Shown here in pieces: positions 29,002-36,927 of a stretch of DNA of 64,000 nucleotides. Origin of the DNA: Burkholderiaceae bacterium (GTDB lineage Bacteria > Pseudomonadota > Gammaproteobacteria > Burkholderiales > Burkholderiaceae_C); NCBI GenBank assembly GCA_026125795.1, contig JAHCKM010000006.1, positions 75,719-139,718 of the forward strand. The letters run 5' to 3'. The number at the start of each line of letters is the position of its first letter. The first letter of the stretch is position 1. Made by a program: the position numbers and the translations under genes. The notes under the pieces are model-generated. The model saw only the letters and a program-made list of their open reading frames with translations, searched no databases and was not told the origin of the DNA.

Positions 29002-29652
29002 ATGCGATCGCGCCGGCTGCTGTGGATCGGGGTGTCGATGCTGCTGTGGGCCGCCGTTGTCGCGCAGGCCGCGGCATTGACGCGCGAACAAGCGCTGGGA
29101 GCGCTCGAACATCTCGACCCTGCGGCGCGCATCGAGGCCATCGAGCGCCTCGCGGTGATCGGCCGCATGGCCGACGCCGACGCGCTGATGCGCCGCCTCG
29201 GCGACGACGATGAAGACGTGCGCGACGCGGCCACGCAAGCGATCTGGCAGATCTGGTCACGCTCGGGCGATGCGGCGATCGACCTGCTGTTCGCGCGCGG
29301 GGTGGAGCACATGCAGCGGCAGGAGTTCGACGATGCGCTGAAGGTGTTCGACGAGATCGTGCGGCGCAGGCCGGCGTTCGCCGAGGGCTGGAACAAGCGC
29401 GCGACGGTGCTGTTCCTGCTTGGCGAGGACGAGCGCTCGCTGCGCGACTGCGACGAGGTGCTCAAGCGCAACCCCAATCATTTTGGTGCGCTGTCGGGGG
29501 CCGCGCAGATCCACCTGCGCCTCGGGCATCTGGAGCAGGCGCTCGGGTTCTTTCAGCGCGCCCTGAAGGTCAACCCCAACCTCGACGGCATCCGCCAGGT
29601 GATCCCGCTGATCGAGCAGCGCCTGCGCGCAAAGGAGCGCACCACCACGTGA
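29002..29652 (+). CDS. secreted HEAT-like/TPR repeat protein
   Basis: ATG 29002 gives the signal peptide MRSRRLLWIGVSMLLWAAVVAQA. A HEAT-like segment (ARIEAIERLAVIGRMADADALMRRLGDDDEDVRDAATQAIWQI) is followed by three TPR-like units (FAEGWNKRATVLFLLGE..., NHFGALSGAAQIHLRLG...). Confidence 0.75.
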   Translation: MRSRRLLWIGVSMLLWAAVVAQAAALTREQALGALEHLDPAARIEAIERLAVIGRMADADALMRRLGDDDEDVRDAATQAIWQIWSRSGDAAIDLLFARGVEHMQRQEFDDALKVFDEIVRRRPAFAEGWNKRATVLFLLGEDERSLRDCDEVLKRNPNHFGALSGAAQIHLRLGHLEQALGFFQRALKVNPNLDGIRQVIPLIEQRLRAKERTTT

Positions 29653-29656
29653 GGCG

Positions 29657-29678
29657 GCTGCGGCGCGTGCGCCGCAGC
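29657..29678. terminator. GC hairpin between convergent genes (possible bidirectional terminator, no U-tract)
   Basis: GCTGCGGCG-cgtg-CGCCGCAGC lies between the stop at 29652 (+) and the stop at 29693 (-). Confidence 0.35.
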
Positions 29679-29692
29679 ACGCATGGCCGCAC

Positions 29693-30370
29693 TCAGTTGC
29701 CGGTGGCGAAACAATAGAAGCGCCCGGCACCGCCGGTGCGTACCAGCGCCTCCTGGCTGCAGCCGGCGCTCTGGTGCGAGAAGTTCCAGCTGGTCGACCA
29801 GTTGTCGTTCAACGGACCCGTGCGGTCGTGGTGGCCGACGATGGCCGAGCCGTCGCTACTGCTGGTCCAGGCCTTGCACGTGGTGTCGGTCTGCGGCGCA
29901 AACGCCGTGCCGTCGGCGCGCGAGCCGGTGAGGATGTCGTGCTCGTTGGGCTGCTCGCCGCGGCCCTTGATCGGATTGCCCTTCTCGTCGAGCGCGGTGC
30001 TCTTGCTGATGTTGTTGCCGTTGTGCAGGTGGTCGAGATCGCGCGCGATCAGCGCGCCCTTGGCGTTGTACCACGGGCCCTTGCCGATGCGGTCGCGCGC
30101 GTGCGTGCCTTGAACGGCCGGGTTGCTGCCCTGCGCGAACGAGCCGGGCACGCTCAGGTAGGCGCGCCAGGTCTTGCCGCCGGCGTTGGCGGCGCTGGCC
30201 AGCCTCTGGCAATGCGCATCGGCGCCCGCCAGGCCGCCGAGATCGGCCCCCTTGCCCGAGCCCACGCTGGTGATGAAGAAACTCATCGGTCCGGTGGTCG
30301 GTGCGGTGGCACAGGCGGTGAGCAGCGTGGTGGCCACCGCGGTGAGGGCGAGGGCTCGGGTGTTGCGCAT
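29693..30370 (-). CDS. lipoprotein with endostatin-like (C-type-lectin-fold, DUF1554-like) domain
   Basis: ATG 30370 is preceded by AAGGAG. Only the last 225 codons of ORF 29693..32809 are used. The lipobox is LLTAC. The segments [40 protein letters not shown] and RFYCFATGN can be aligned by eye to collagen XVIII endostatin ([45 protein letters not shown]), with four Cys in the same order. Confidence 0.75.
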   Translation of the reverse strand: [225 protein letters not shown]

Positions 30371-30496
30371 CGGGGCTCCTTGTGGATGGGAATCGGGGCA
30401 AGCCGGTATTACGCGCGGCCGCGGGGTTTCCTTCCTTGGGGAGTTCCCTTGCATGGAGCGGGAACGGAGCTTGCCAAACTCCGGCTGCCCTGTTGC

Positions 30497-32569
30497 GTGC
30501 TTGCCACCGTGATCCCCGCCACCATCTTCTTGAGCGCCTTCCTGCTGTTCCTGGTGCAGCCCATCATCGCCAAGCTGATCCTGCCGCAGTTCGGCGGCGG
30601 TGTGGCCGTGTGGGCCACCTGCCTGGTGTTCTTCCAGCTTGCGCTGCTGCTCGGTTATGCCTACGCGCACCAAGTGGTCAAGCGTGACCGCACGGGACGT
30701 CTGCGGCGCCTGCACATCGGTTTGCTGCTGCTGAGCCTGTTGGTGCTGCCGATCATTCCGGGCGAAGCGTCGGTGCTGTCGCCCACCGCAGGCCCGAGCG
30801 CGCAGATCGTGGTGCTGCTGTTGGTGACCATCGGCCTGCCGTTCGCGCTGCTGGCCACCACCAGCCCGCTGCTGCAGGCGTGGCTCGCGCGCGAGGGCAC
30901 GCGGCGCGATCCCTATCGCCTCTTCGTGGTGTCGAACCTGGCGTCGTTGTTCGCCTTGGTGACCTACCCGTGGCTGATCGAGCCGTGGCTCGGCACCACC
31001 ACGCAGGCCCGGGTGTGGTCGACCCTGTATGCGATGTACGTGGCGCTTGCCACGGCGGTGGCCGTGACCCATGGGCGGCGTGCGCACGCCCAGACCGCGC
31101 AGGCATCGGGCGCCGCTCTGGGCATGGCGGCTGCGATCAGCGTCCCGCGTGCCATCGGCATGCCGCGGACGCTCGGCTGGATCGCGCTCGCCGCGCTGGC
31201 CAGCTACGAACTGGTGGCGGTGACCAACCACCTGACGCAGAACGTGCCGTCGATGCCGATGATGTGGGTGCTGCCGCTGGGTGTGTACCTGCTCACCTTC
31301 ACGCTGTGCTTCGACGGCGACCGCTGGTACCGGCCGGCGGCGTTCCGGGCCGCCACGCTGGTGGCGGTGCTGTCGATGTGCTGGATGCTGTACGACCTGG
31401 ACCTCGTGCACCGGTTCGTGCCGCAGGCCGGCGTGTTCGTCGCCGGCCTGTTCGTGGTGTGCATGTTCTGCCACGGCGAGCTGGCGCGAGACCGGCCGCC
31501 GCCCCTGCAGTTGACGCAGTTCTACCTTTGTGTGGCTGGCGGCGGCGCGCTCGGCGGCGCGCTGGTCGGCCTGGGCGCGCCGGCGCTGCTGCCCGGCTAC
31601 TTCGAGGTCGAGATCGGACTCGTGCTGGTGACGCTGGCGGTGTTGTGGCGCTCGCTGCGGCGCAGCATCGCGTGGCTGGTGGCCGGCTCGGCCGCCACCG
31701 TGTGCGCGGCCGCCACCGCGGCCTACCGCATCGACGGCAGCACCGACGAGGTGCTGTCGATGAGCCGCAACTTCTATGGCGTGGTGCGCGTGCGCGAACG
31801 CGGCGATGCCGGCGACCCGAGCACACACGAGCGCACGCTGGTGCATGGCAGCATCCTGCATGGTCAGCAGTACCTGTCGGGCGATGCGCGGCGCCGTCCG
31901 ACCAGCTACTACGTGGAAAGCTCGGGCATCGGCCGCGTGCTGCGCGCGCTCGGCGAGCGGCCGCTCGACGTGGGCGTGGTGGGCCTGGGCACCGGCACGA
32001 TCGCGGCCTACGGCAAGCCGGGCGACCGCTACCACTTCTTCGAGATCGATCCCGCAGTGGTGGCGGTGGCGCAGCGCTACTTCACGTTCCTGTCCGACTC
32101 GGAGGCGTCGGTGCAGGTCCACGTGGGCGACGGCCGGCTGCTGCTGCAGCGCACCGAGCCGTTGCGCTTTGACGTGCTGGCGGTCGATGCGTTCTCCGGC
32201 GACTCGATTCCGGTGCATCTGCTGACGCGCGAAGCCATCGCGCTGTACCTGCAGCGCCTCAAGCCGGGCGGCGTGGTCGCGCTGCACGTGAGCAACCGCT
32301 ACCTTGACCTGCGCCCGGTGGTGGGCCGCATCGCCGCCGACATGGGGCTGCAGTCGGCCTACGTGGAAGACGAGATCCAGGAGCACGACGGCCCGGAGAA
32401 GAGCTCGTCCGACTGGATCCTGCTGGCGCGCGAAGGCGACGTGCTCGCGCAGCCGCTGATCCGGGGGGCCACGCGCGGGCTGCCCAACGCACGCCCCAAG
32501 AGAGCCTGGACCGACGACTACAGCAACATCGCGCAGGTGATGGCGTTGACCCGGCCGGTCGCCAACTGA
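30497..32569 (+). CDS. fused polytopic membrane domain / spermidine synthase-like (class I methyltransferase-fold) protein
   Basis: This is the coding part of ORF 29774..32569; the start is GTG 30497 or TTG 30449. The N-terminal ~450 aa carries many TM helices (FLLFLVQPIIAKLILPQFGGGVAVWATCLVFFQLALLLGYAY). The C-terminal part is SpeE-like: VVGLGTGTIAAYGKPGDRYHFFEIDPAVVAVAQ...HVGDGR...DVLAVDAFSGDSIPVHLLT. Confidence 0.8.
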   Translation: MLATVIPATIFLSAFLLFLVQPIIAKLILPQFGGGVAVWATCLVFFQLALLLGYAYAHQVVKRDRTGRLRRLHIGLLLLSLLVLPIIPGEASVLSPTAGPSAQIVVLLLVTIGLPFALLATTSPLLQAWLAREGTRRDPYRLFVVSNLASLFALVTYPWLIEPWLGTTTQARVWSTLYAMYVALATAVAVTHGRRAHAQTAQASGAALGMAAAISVPRAIGMPRTLGWIALAALASYELVAVTNHLTQNVPSMPMMWVLPLGVYLLTFTLCFDGDRWYRPAAFRAATLVAVLSMCWMLYDLDLVHRFVPQAGVFVAGLFVVCMFCHGELARDRPPPLQLTQFYLCVAGGGALGGALVGLGAPALLPGYFEVEIGLVLVTLAVLWRSLRRSIAWLVAGSAATVCAAATAAYRIDGSTDEVLSMSRNFYGVVRVRERGDAGDPSTHERTLVHGSILHGQQYLSGDARRRPTSYYVESSGIGRVLRALGERPLDVGVVGLGTGTIAAYGKPGDRYHFFEIDPAVVAVAQRYFTFLSDSEASVQVHVGDGRLLLQRTEPLRFDVLAVDAFSGDSIPVHLLTREAIALYLQRLKPGGVVALHVSNRYLDLRPVVGRIAADMGLQSAYVEDEIQEHDGPEKSSSDWILLAREGDVLAQPLIRGATRGLPNARPKRAWTDDYSNIAQVMALTRPVAN

Positions 32570-32629
32570 ATGCGCTCGGTGTACCGTGCGCGGCGAGGAG
32601 CGCCGCCCGGCCGCTCCGAAGGCGCTCGC

Positions 32630-32666
32630 TCCCCCTGGGGGGACGGGCGCGTAGCGCCAAGGGGGT
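32630..32666. repeat. single copy of the GC-hairpin repeat family (CCCCCTNGGGGGGACGG...AAGGGGG)
   Basis: The sequence tccccctggggggacgggcgcgtagcgccaagggggtc resembles the core of the 81-bp tandem unit at 60082-60272 (tccccctcggggggacggcggagcgaagcgagcaaagggggc). Confidence 0.6.
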
Positions 32667-32669
32667 CTG

Positions 32670-33251
32670 ATGAAACGGCTGCGCCTCGGGGTGTTTTTGG
32701 TGTGGGTGTGCGCTGCACTCGCCGCGCCGCTTGCCGCGCGTGCCGATGAGGCGCTGCTGCGCGAGCTGCGCGCCGGCGCGGTGGTGCTGATGCGCCATTC
32801 GCAGACCACGCCGGGCGTCGGCGACCCGCCTGGCTGGCGGCTCGAACGATGCGAAAGTCAGCGCAACCTCGCACCGGAGGGCACCGAGCACGCCAGGCGC
32901 GTCGGCCAGTGGTTCAAGGCCCGGCAGTTGCGCGTGAGCGTGGTGCGCAACTCGCCGTGGTGCCGCACGCGCGACACCGCCACGCTCGCGTTCGGCCGGC
33001 ACGACGACTGGCCGGCGCTGTCCAACATCTTTCAGGACCGCAGCGGCGCCGACGCGCAGGCACAAGCGGTGAAGCAATACATCGCCGCCGTCAAGCCCGG
33101 CGAGCTCGTGGTGCTGGTGTCGCACGGTTCCACCATCGGCCACATCATCCCCGGCGGCGCCGGCCTCGCGTCGGGCGAATCGGTGGTGGTGCGGCGTGCG
33201 CCGCAGCCCGGCGCCGCGCCGCTGGTGCTGGGGCGCCTCACGATCCCCTGA
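32670..33251 (+). CDS. histidine phosphatase family protein (SixA/phosphoglycerate-mutase-like), secreted
   Basis: It has a signal peptide (MKRLRLGVFLVWVCAALAAPLAARA), an RH-type catalytic motif (VVLMRHSQT) and a second His motif (VLVSHGSTI). Confidence 0.8.
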   Translation: MKRLRLGVFLVWVCAALAAPLAARADEALLRELRAGAVVLMRHSQTTPGVGDPPGWRLERCESQRNLAPEGTEHARRVGQWFKARQLRVSVVRNSPWCRTRDTATLAFGRHDDWPALSNIFQDRSGADAQAQAVKQYIAAVKPGELVVLVSHGSTIGHIIPGGAGLASGESVVVRRAPQPGAAPLVLGRLTIP

Positions 33252-33278
33252 GAATCCACGCCGGTCAATCGGACCGGC

Positions 33279-34199
33279 CTACGTGCGTCGCGCGCGCGAC
33301 TGCTCGCGCGCCAGGTCGATGAACTCGGTGGCCGCGGGCTTGAGCGCGGAGCCGCGCCGCCACACCAGGCCGACGTCGATGCTCGGCACCTCGTCGCGCA
33401 GCCGGCGCACCTCGACGTGCTCGGCATCGAGCGTCCAAGGCCGGTACAGGAAATCAGGCAGCACCGCGATGCCGGCGCCGGCGCCCACCAGCGAGCGCAC
33501 CGCTTCCAGCGACGAGGTGCGCAGGATGGTGCGCGGCTTGAGCTGCCGGCGCGCCCACACGGCTTTCATCACGTCGTCGATGCGGTCGGCCTCGAGCACG
33601 ATCTGGTCGTGGCCGGCGCATTCGGCCAGCGTGACCTCGTCGTGCGCGGTGAGCGGATGGTTGGCCGGCAACCACACGCGGTTGGGGCTGCGCGTCAGCG
33701 TCTCGGCCACCATGGCCTGCGGCTCGCTGAGTGCGTTGCTGACCATGATCGCCACGTCGAGCTCGCCGTTGATCAGCAGGTGCTCGAGAAAACGCGGCGT
33801 GTCCTCGGTGACGAACACCTCCACCGCGGGGCAGTTGCGGCGGAAGCGGCTGAACAGCTCGCTCAGGTAGTAGCCGGCCACCAGGCTGGTCACGCCCACC
33901 GCCAGCACGCCGCCGAGCTCCTGTGCGCTGTCGGCCCCGTTCATGCGCAGCGCGTCGGCCACCGAGCCGATGACCTTGCGCGCGCTCAGCAGGAAGCGAT
34001 GGCCCTGCGGCGTCAGCGTCATGCCCTTGGAGCTGCGCGCGAACAGGCTGCTGCCGAGCTCGGACTCCAGCTCCAGCAGGCTCTTGGTGAGTGCGCTTTG
34101 CGCGATGTTGAGCATGCGCGAGGCCGACGCCACCGAGCCGCTCTCGGCCACGGCGATGAAATAGCGAAACTGGCGCAGCGTGACGTGCCGATGGTTCAT
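33279..34199 (-). CDS. LysR family transcriptional regulator
   Basis: The N-terminal wHTH (LRQFRYFIAVAESGSVASASRMLNIAQSALTKSLLELE) is followed by a LysR substrate-binding domain. Confidence 0.9.
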   Translation of the reverse strand: MNHRHVTLRQFRYFIAVAESGSVASASRMLNIAQSALTKSLLELESELGSSLFARSSKGMTLTPQGHRFLLSARKVIGSVADALRMNGADSAQELGGVLAVGVTSLVAGYYLSELFSRFRRNCPAVEVFVTEDTPRFLEHLLINGELDVAIMVSNALSEPQAMVAETLTRSPNRVWLPANHPLTAHDEVTLAECAGHDQIVLEADRIDDVMKAVWARRQLKPRTILRTSSLEAVRSLVGAGAGIAVLPDFLYRPWTLDAEHVEVRRLRDEVPSIDVGLVWRRGSALKPAATEFIDLAREQSRARRT

Positions 34200-34242
34200 G
34201 CGCGCCCGATGGTACGTGAGCGGGCGCGGCTAGGATCGGCCC

Positions 34243-35070
34243 TTGATGGCCGATGCAGCGTCCCGTCTTCCCTTGATCGGCGTCGACTTTTCGAGCCGGC
34301 CGAGCGCGCGCAAACCGATCGTGGTGGCGCTCGGTGCGTGTGACGGCGCGCGCGTGACGCTCGAGGGCCTGCAGCGCTTCGCCACGCTCGAGGGCTTTGG
34401 CGCGTGGCTGTCGCAACGGCACTGGCTCGGCGGCTTCGATCTGCCGTTTGGCCTGCCGCGTGAACTGGTGGAGCAGCTCGGCTGGCCGCGCGAGTGGCAC
34501 GCCTGCATGCGGCACTACGCGGCCATGCCGCGCGCGCAGGTGCGCGCCGTGTTCGCCGCGTTTTGCGCGGCGCGGCCGGCGGGCGGCAAGTTCGCGCACC
34601 GGGCCTGCGACCGGCCGGCCGGGTCGAGCCCGTCGATGAAGTGGGTCAATCCGCCTGTGGCCTACATGCTGCACGCCGGCGTGCCGCTGCTGCTGGCCGC
34701 CGGCGCCACGCTGCCGGCGCATGCGCGCGCCGGCCACGCGCAGCGCATCGCGCTCGAGGCCTACCCGGGCCTGCTGGCGCGCGAGATCGTCGGCACCCGC
34801 TCGTACAAGAGCGACGACGCCGCCAAGCACACCGACGATCGCCTGTGGGCGCGCATCGCGATCGTCGATGCGCTCACCGAAGGCCGCACGCGGCTCGGCT
34901 TGTCGCTGTGGCTCAGCGATGCGCAGCGCGACGTGCTGCTCGACGACGCCAGCGGCGACGCGCTCGATGCGGTGTTGTGCCTCATGCAAGCCGCGTGGGC
35001 GGCGCAGCGCGCTGATCATGGTGTGCCGGCCACGGTCGATCCGCTTGAAGGGTGGATCGTCAGCGCGTGA
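34243..35070 (+). CDS. DUF429 domain protein (RNase H-like fold, function unknown)
   Basis: The N terminus LIGVDFSSRPSARKPIVVA and the later RACDRPAGSSPSMKWVNPPV... and EAYPG... segments fit my recollection of DUF429. Confidence 0.7.
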   Translation: MMADAASRLPLIGVDFSSRPSARKPIVVALGACDGARVTLEGLQRFATLEGFGAWLSQRHWLGGFDLPFGLPRELVEQLGWPREWHACMRHYAAMPRAQVRAVFAAFCAARPAGGKFAHRACDRPAGSSPSMKWVNPPVAYMLHAGVPLLLAAGATLPAHARAGHAQRIALEAYPGLLAREIVGTRSYKSDDAAKHTDDRLWARIAIVDALTEGRTRLGLSLWLSDAQRDVLLDDASGDALDAVLCLMQAAWAAQRADHGVPATVDPLEGWIVSA

Positions 35071-35842
35071 AGGGGCAGGTGATCGCAGGCTCAACGGGCG
35101 AGGGAGCTTGCCCACCAGCTACAGTGCACTATGTGTTTGCCCAATCGCTTTGGCCGAGTGGGCGCCGGTGAAATGAAACTCGAGCAACTCGAGCAACTCG
35201 AGCGACTACTTCGGCTTGTTGCGCGGCGTGGCAGGCGGCACCCGGGGTGGGCTCCTGCTGGGTCGGTCGGCCCTGCGGGCCGACTTCGCTGTGGTGCTCG
35301 CATCACGAGGGCGGCTGCGATGCCGCTCGCAAGCGGCCCTGAACGGGCCGCTGCTTCATGGCTTCTCGCCGGTCCGGCGCTCAAAGCGCGCCGGACTTCC
35401 CCTCGTGCTGCTGCGCTCCTCGCCGCCCCACAAGTCGCCCACCCCGGGTACCGCCCACCGCGCAGAGACGCTCGTGGTGTTTGTCGGGCAACGCCTCGGT
35501 GGTGCGGCAAAGCCGTGGTCGGGTGTGTGCCGGCAGCGACATCTGCGGCGCCGAGGAACGGAGGACTCGCGGCCGCGCGCGCGCAGCGCGCGCTTCAAGT
35601 TCTGACTCGCGTCGACTGTTCGAGCACAGCGAACGAAGTGAGCGGAGCGAGTTTCGACGCGGGCCGTGAGTGTGAGTACCGCAGGGAACCCCTCGCGCAG
35701 CGAGGGGCTGCCGCAGCCGAGCGCCGGCGCACACCCGGCCGCGGCTTTGCTCGCTCACTGCCCCGAACGAGAAGCAACGTCGGGCCCATCATCCCCATAG
35801 CCAATGCATCGCGAGGCGTGCGAAGCGCGATGAGGTACTGAC
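35071..35842. repeat. 770-bp non-coding block packed with GC-rich hairpins (REP/BIME-like array)
   Basis: No credible ORF is present; ORF 35131..35841 is Arg/Ala-rich with no family resemblance. Hairpins include ggccc-tgc-gggcc, gcggccc-tgaac-gggccgc, ccggcgc-tcaaagc-gcgccgg and cccctcgc-gca-gcgagggg (35689-35707). A long-range inverted repeat pairs agtgagcggagcgag with ctcgctcact. A GAGCGGAGCGAG core is shared with the 81-bp repeat. Confidence 0.65.
35179..35205. repeat. 3 x 9-bp perfect/near-perfect tandem repeat (CTCGAGCAA CTCGAGCAA CTCGAGCGA)
   Basis: Read directly from the sequence. It lies inside the non-coding block. Confidence 0.9.
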
Positions 35843-36241
35843 ATGGCCCGCTGGTCCAAGCTGCTGCGCCGTGCCAACACGGCGCGACTTGCCACGCATC
35901 TGCTGGCGCTGTGGAAGCTGGTGCGCCACCGCGACACGCCGCGCGCCGCCAAGCTGGTGGCGCTGCTGGTGCTGGCCTATGCGCTGAGCCCGATCGACCT
36001 GATCCCGGATTTCATTCCGGTGCTCGGCCTGCTCGATGACGTGATCCTGCTGCCGCTGGGCATTGCGCTGGCGGTCAAGCTGACGCCGCGCCACCTGTGG
36101 CTGGCGCGTGTGGCGGAGGCCGAGCAGGGCGCCGAGAAGCTGCCGCGCCTGATGTGGGGTGCGGTGATCGTCGTGATCGTGTGGCTGCTGGTGATCGGCC
36201 TGGTCGCCTATGGGTTGTTCGCGCTCATGCGCCTGGACTGA
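35843..36241 (+). CDS. DUF1232 (YkvA family) membrane protein
   Basis: The sequence LAYALSPIDLIPDFIPVLGLLDDVILLPLGIALA is the DUF1232 signature. Confidence 0.8.
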   Translation: MARWSKLLRRANTARLATHLLALWKLVRHRDTPRAAKLVALLVLAYALSPIDLIPDFIPVLGLLDDVILLPLGIALAVKLTPRHLWLARVAEAEQGAEKLPRLMWGAVIVVIVWLLVIGLVAYGLFALMRLD

Positions 36242-36269
36242 CGACGACAGGTGCCGCGATCGCCGGGGC

Positions 36270-36923
36270 CTATCTGCCGGCCGCCGTGTTGGCCGTGAAG
36301 TGCGCTGCAAAGTACGCCAGCGTGTCGAGGTCGGCCGGTGAAACCTGGCTCACCGCACCACTCATCGCCATCGTGTAGCCCGGGCGCTTGCCCGACTTGA
36401 AGCCCTGCAGGCTCATCTGCAGGTAGTCTTCGCGCTGGCCGGCGATGCGCGGCACCTGCTGCCCGCCGCTCAAGTCGGCACCGTGGCAGAACGTGCACTT
36501 GTGCTGCTGCGCGAGTTCGGCGCCCTTCTTCATGCGCGCCGCATCGGGTGGCGTCGCTGGCGGCGGCGCCGGTACCGGGGGCAGGGTGCCGATGAAATCG
36601 GAGAAGCCGCGCAGGTCGGCATCGGTCATCGTCTTGGCCACGGCGGTCATGGCCTCGTTGCTGCGCCGGCCCTCGCGGAACAGGAACAGTTGGGTGATCG
36701 CGTAGAACGAGTGCTGACCGGCGAGCGCCGGCGTGCCTGGCATGTCGCTGCGCCCGTTGGCGCCGTGGCAGGTGGCGCACAGCGTCGCGAAACGCTGTGC
36801 GTACGGGCTGGGCGCCGCTGGTGCGCTGGCGGCCGGCGCTTTCTTGGGCTTGGACTGGGCCCCGGCCGAGGGCGGGGCCAACAGGATCAAGATCGAAAGC
36901 GCGAAGCCTGCCAGCCCCTTCAT
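36270..36923 (-). CDS. dihaem c-type cytochrome (c4-like)
   Basis: ATG 36923 gives the signal peptide MKGLAGFALSILILLAPPSAGA. There are two CxxCH motifs (CATCHG, CTFCHG). It starts 4 nt after the stop of the upstream dehydrogenase. Confidence 0.85.
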   Translation of the reverse strand: MKGLAGFALSILILLAPPSAGAQSKPKKAPAASAPAAPSPYAQRFATLCATCHGANGRSDMPGTPALAGQHSFYAITQLFLFREGRRSNEAMTAVAKTMTDADLRGFSDFIGTLPPVPAPPPATPPDAARMKKGAELAQQHKCTFCHGADLSGGQQVPRIAGQREDYLQMSLQGFKSGKRPGYTMAMSGAVSQVSPADLDTLAYFAAHFTANTAAGR

Positions 36924-36927
36924 CGAA

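Noticed and set aside
26071-29238. 1055-aa ORF antisense to the GT4 and debranching-enzyme-like genes.
   Set aside because: Same reasoning. The plus-strand genes carry clear family motifs, and the minus ORF is Arg/Ala/His-rich with no recognisable domain.
30371-32809. Upstream 813 codons of ORF 29693..32809 (-), which would make a 1038-aa protein.
   Set aside because: Only the last 225 codons, from ATG 30370 with AAGGAG and a lipobox, look like a gene. The rest is antisense to the spermidine-synthase-like gene and is low-complexity Arg/His/Ala.
35131-35841. 236-aa ORF filling the large intergenic block, or a tRNA/ncRNA gene there.
   Set aside because: The translation is Arg/Ala/Pro-rich with no start context. 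The block is better explained as stacked palindromic repeats. I found no tRNA-like T-arm (GGTTCGAATCC-type) or acceptor structure. An unknown structured RNA cannot be excluded without Infernal or RNA-seq.
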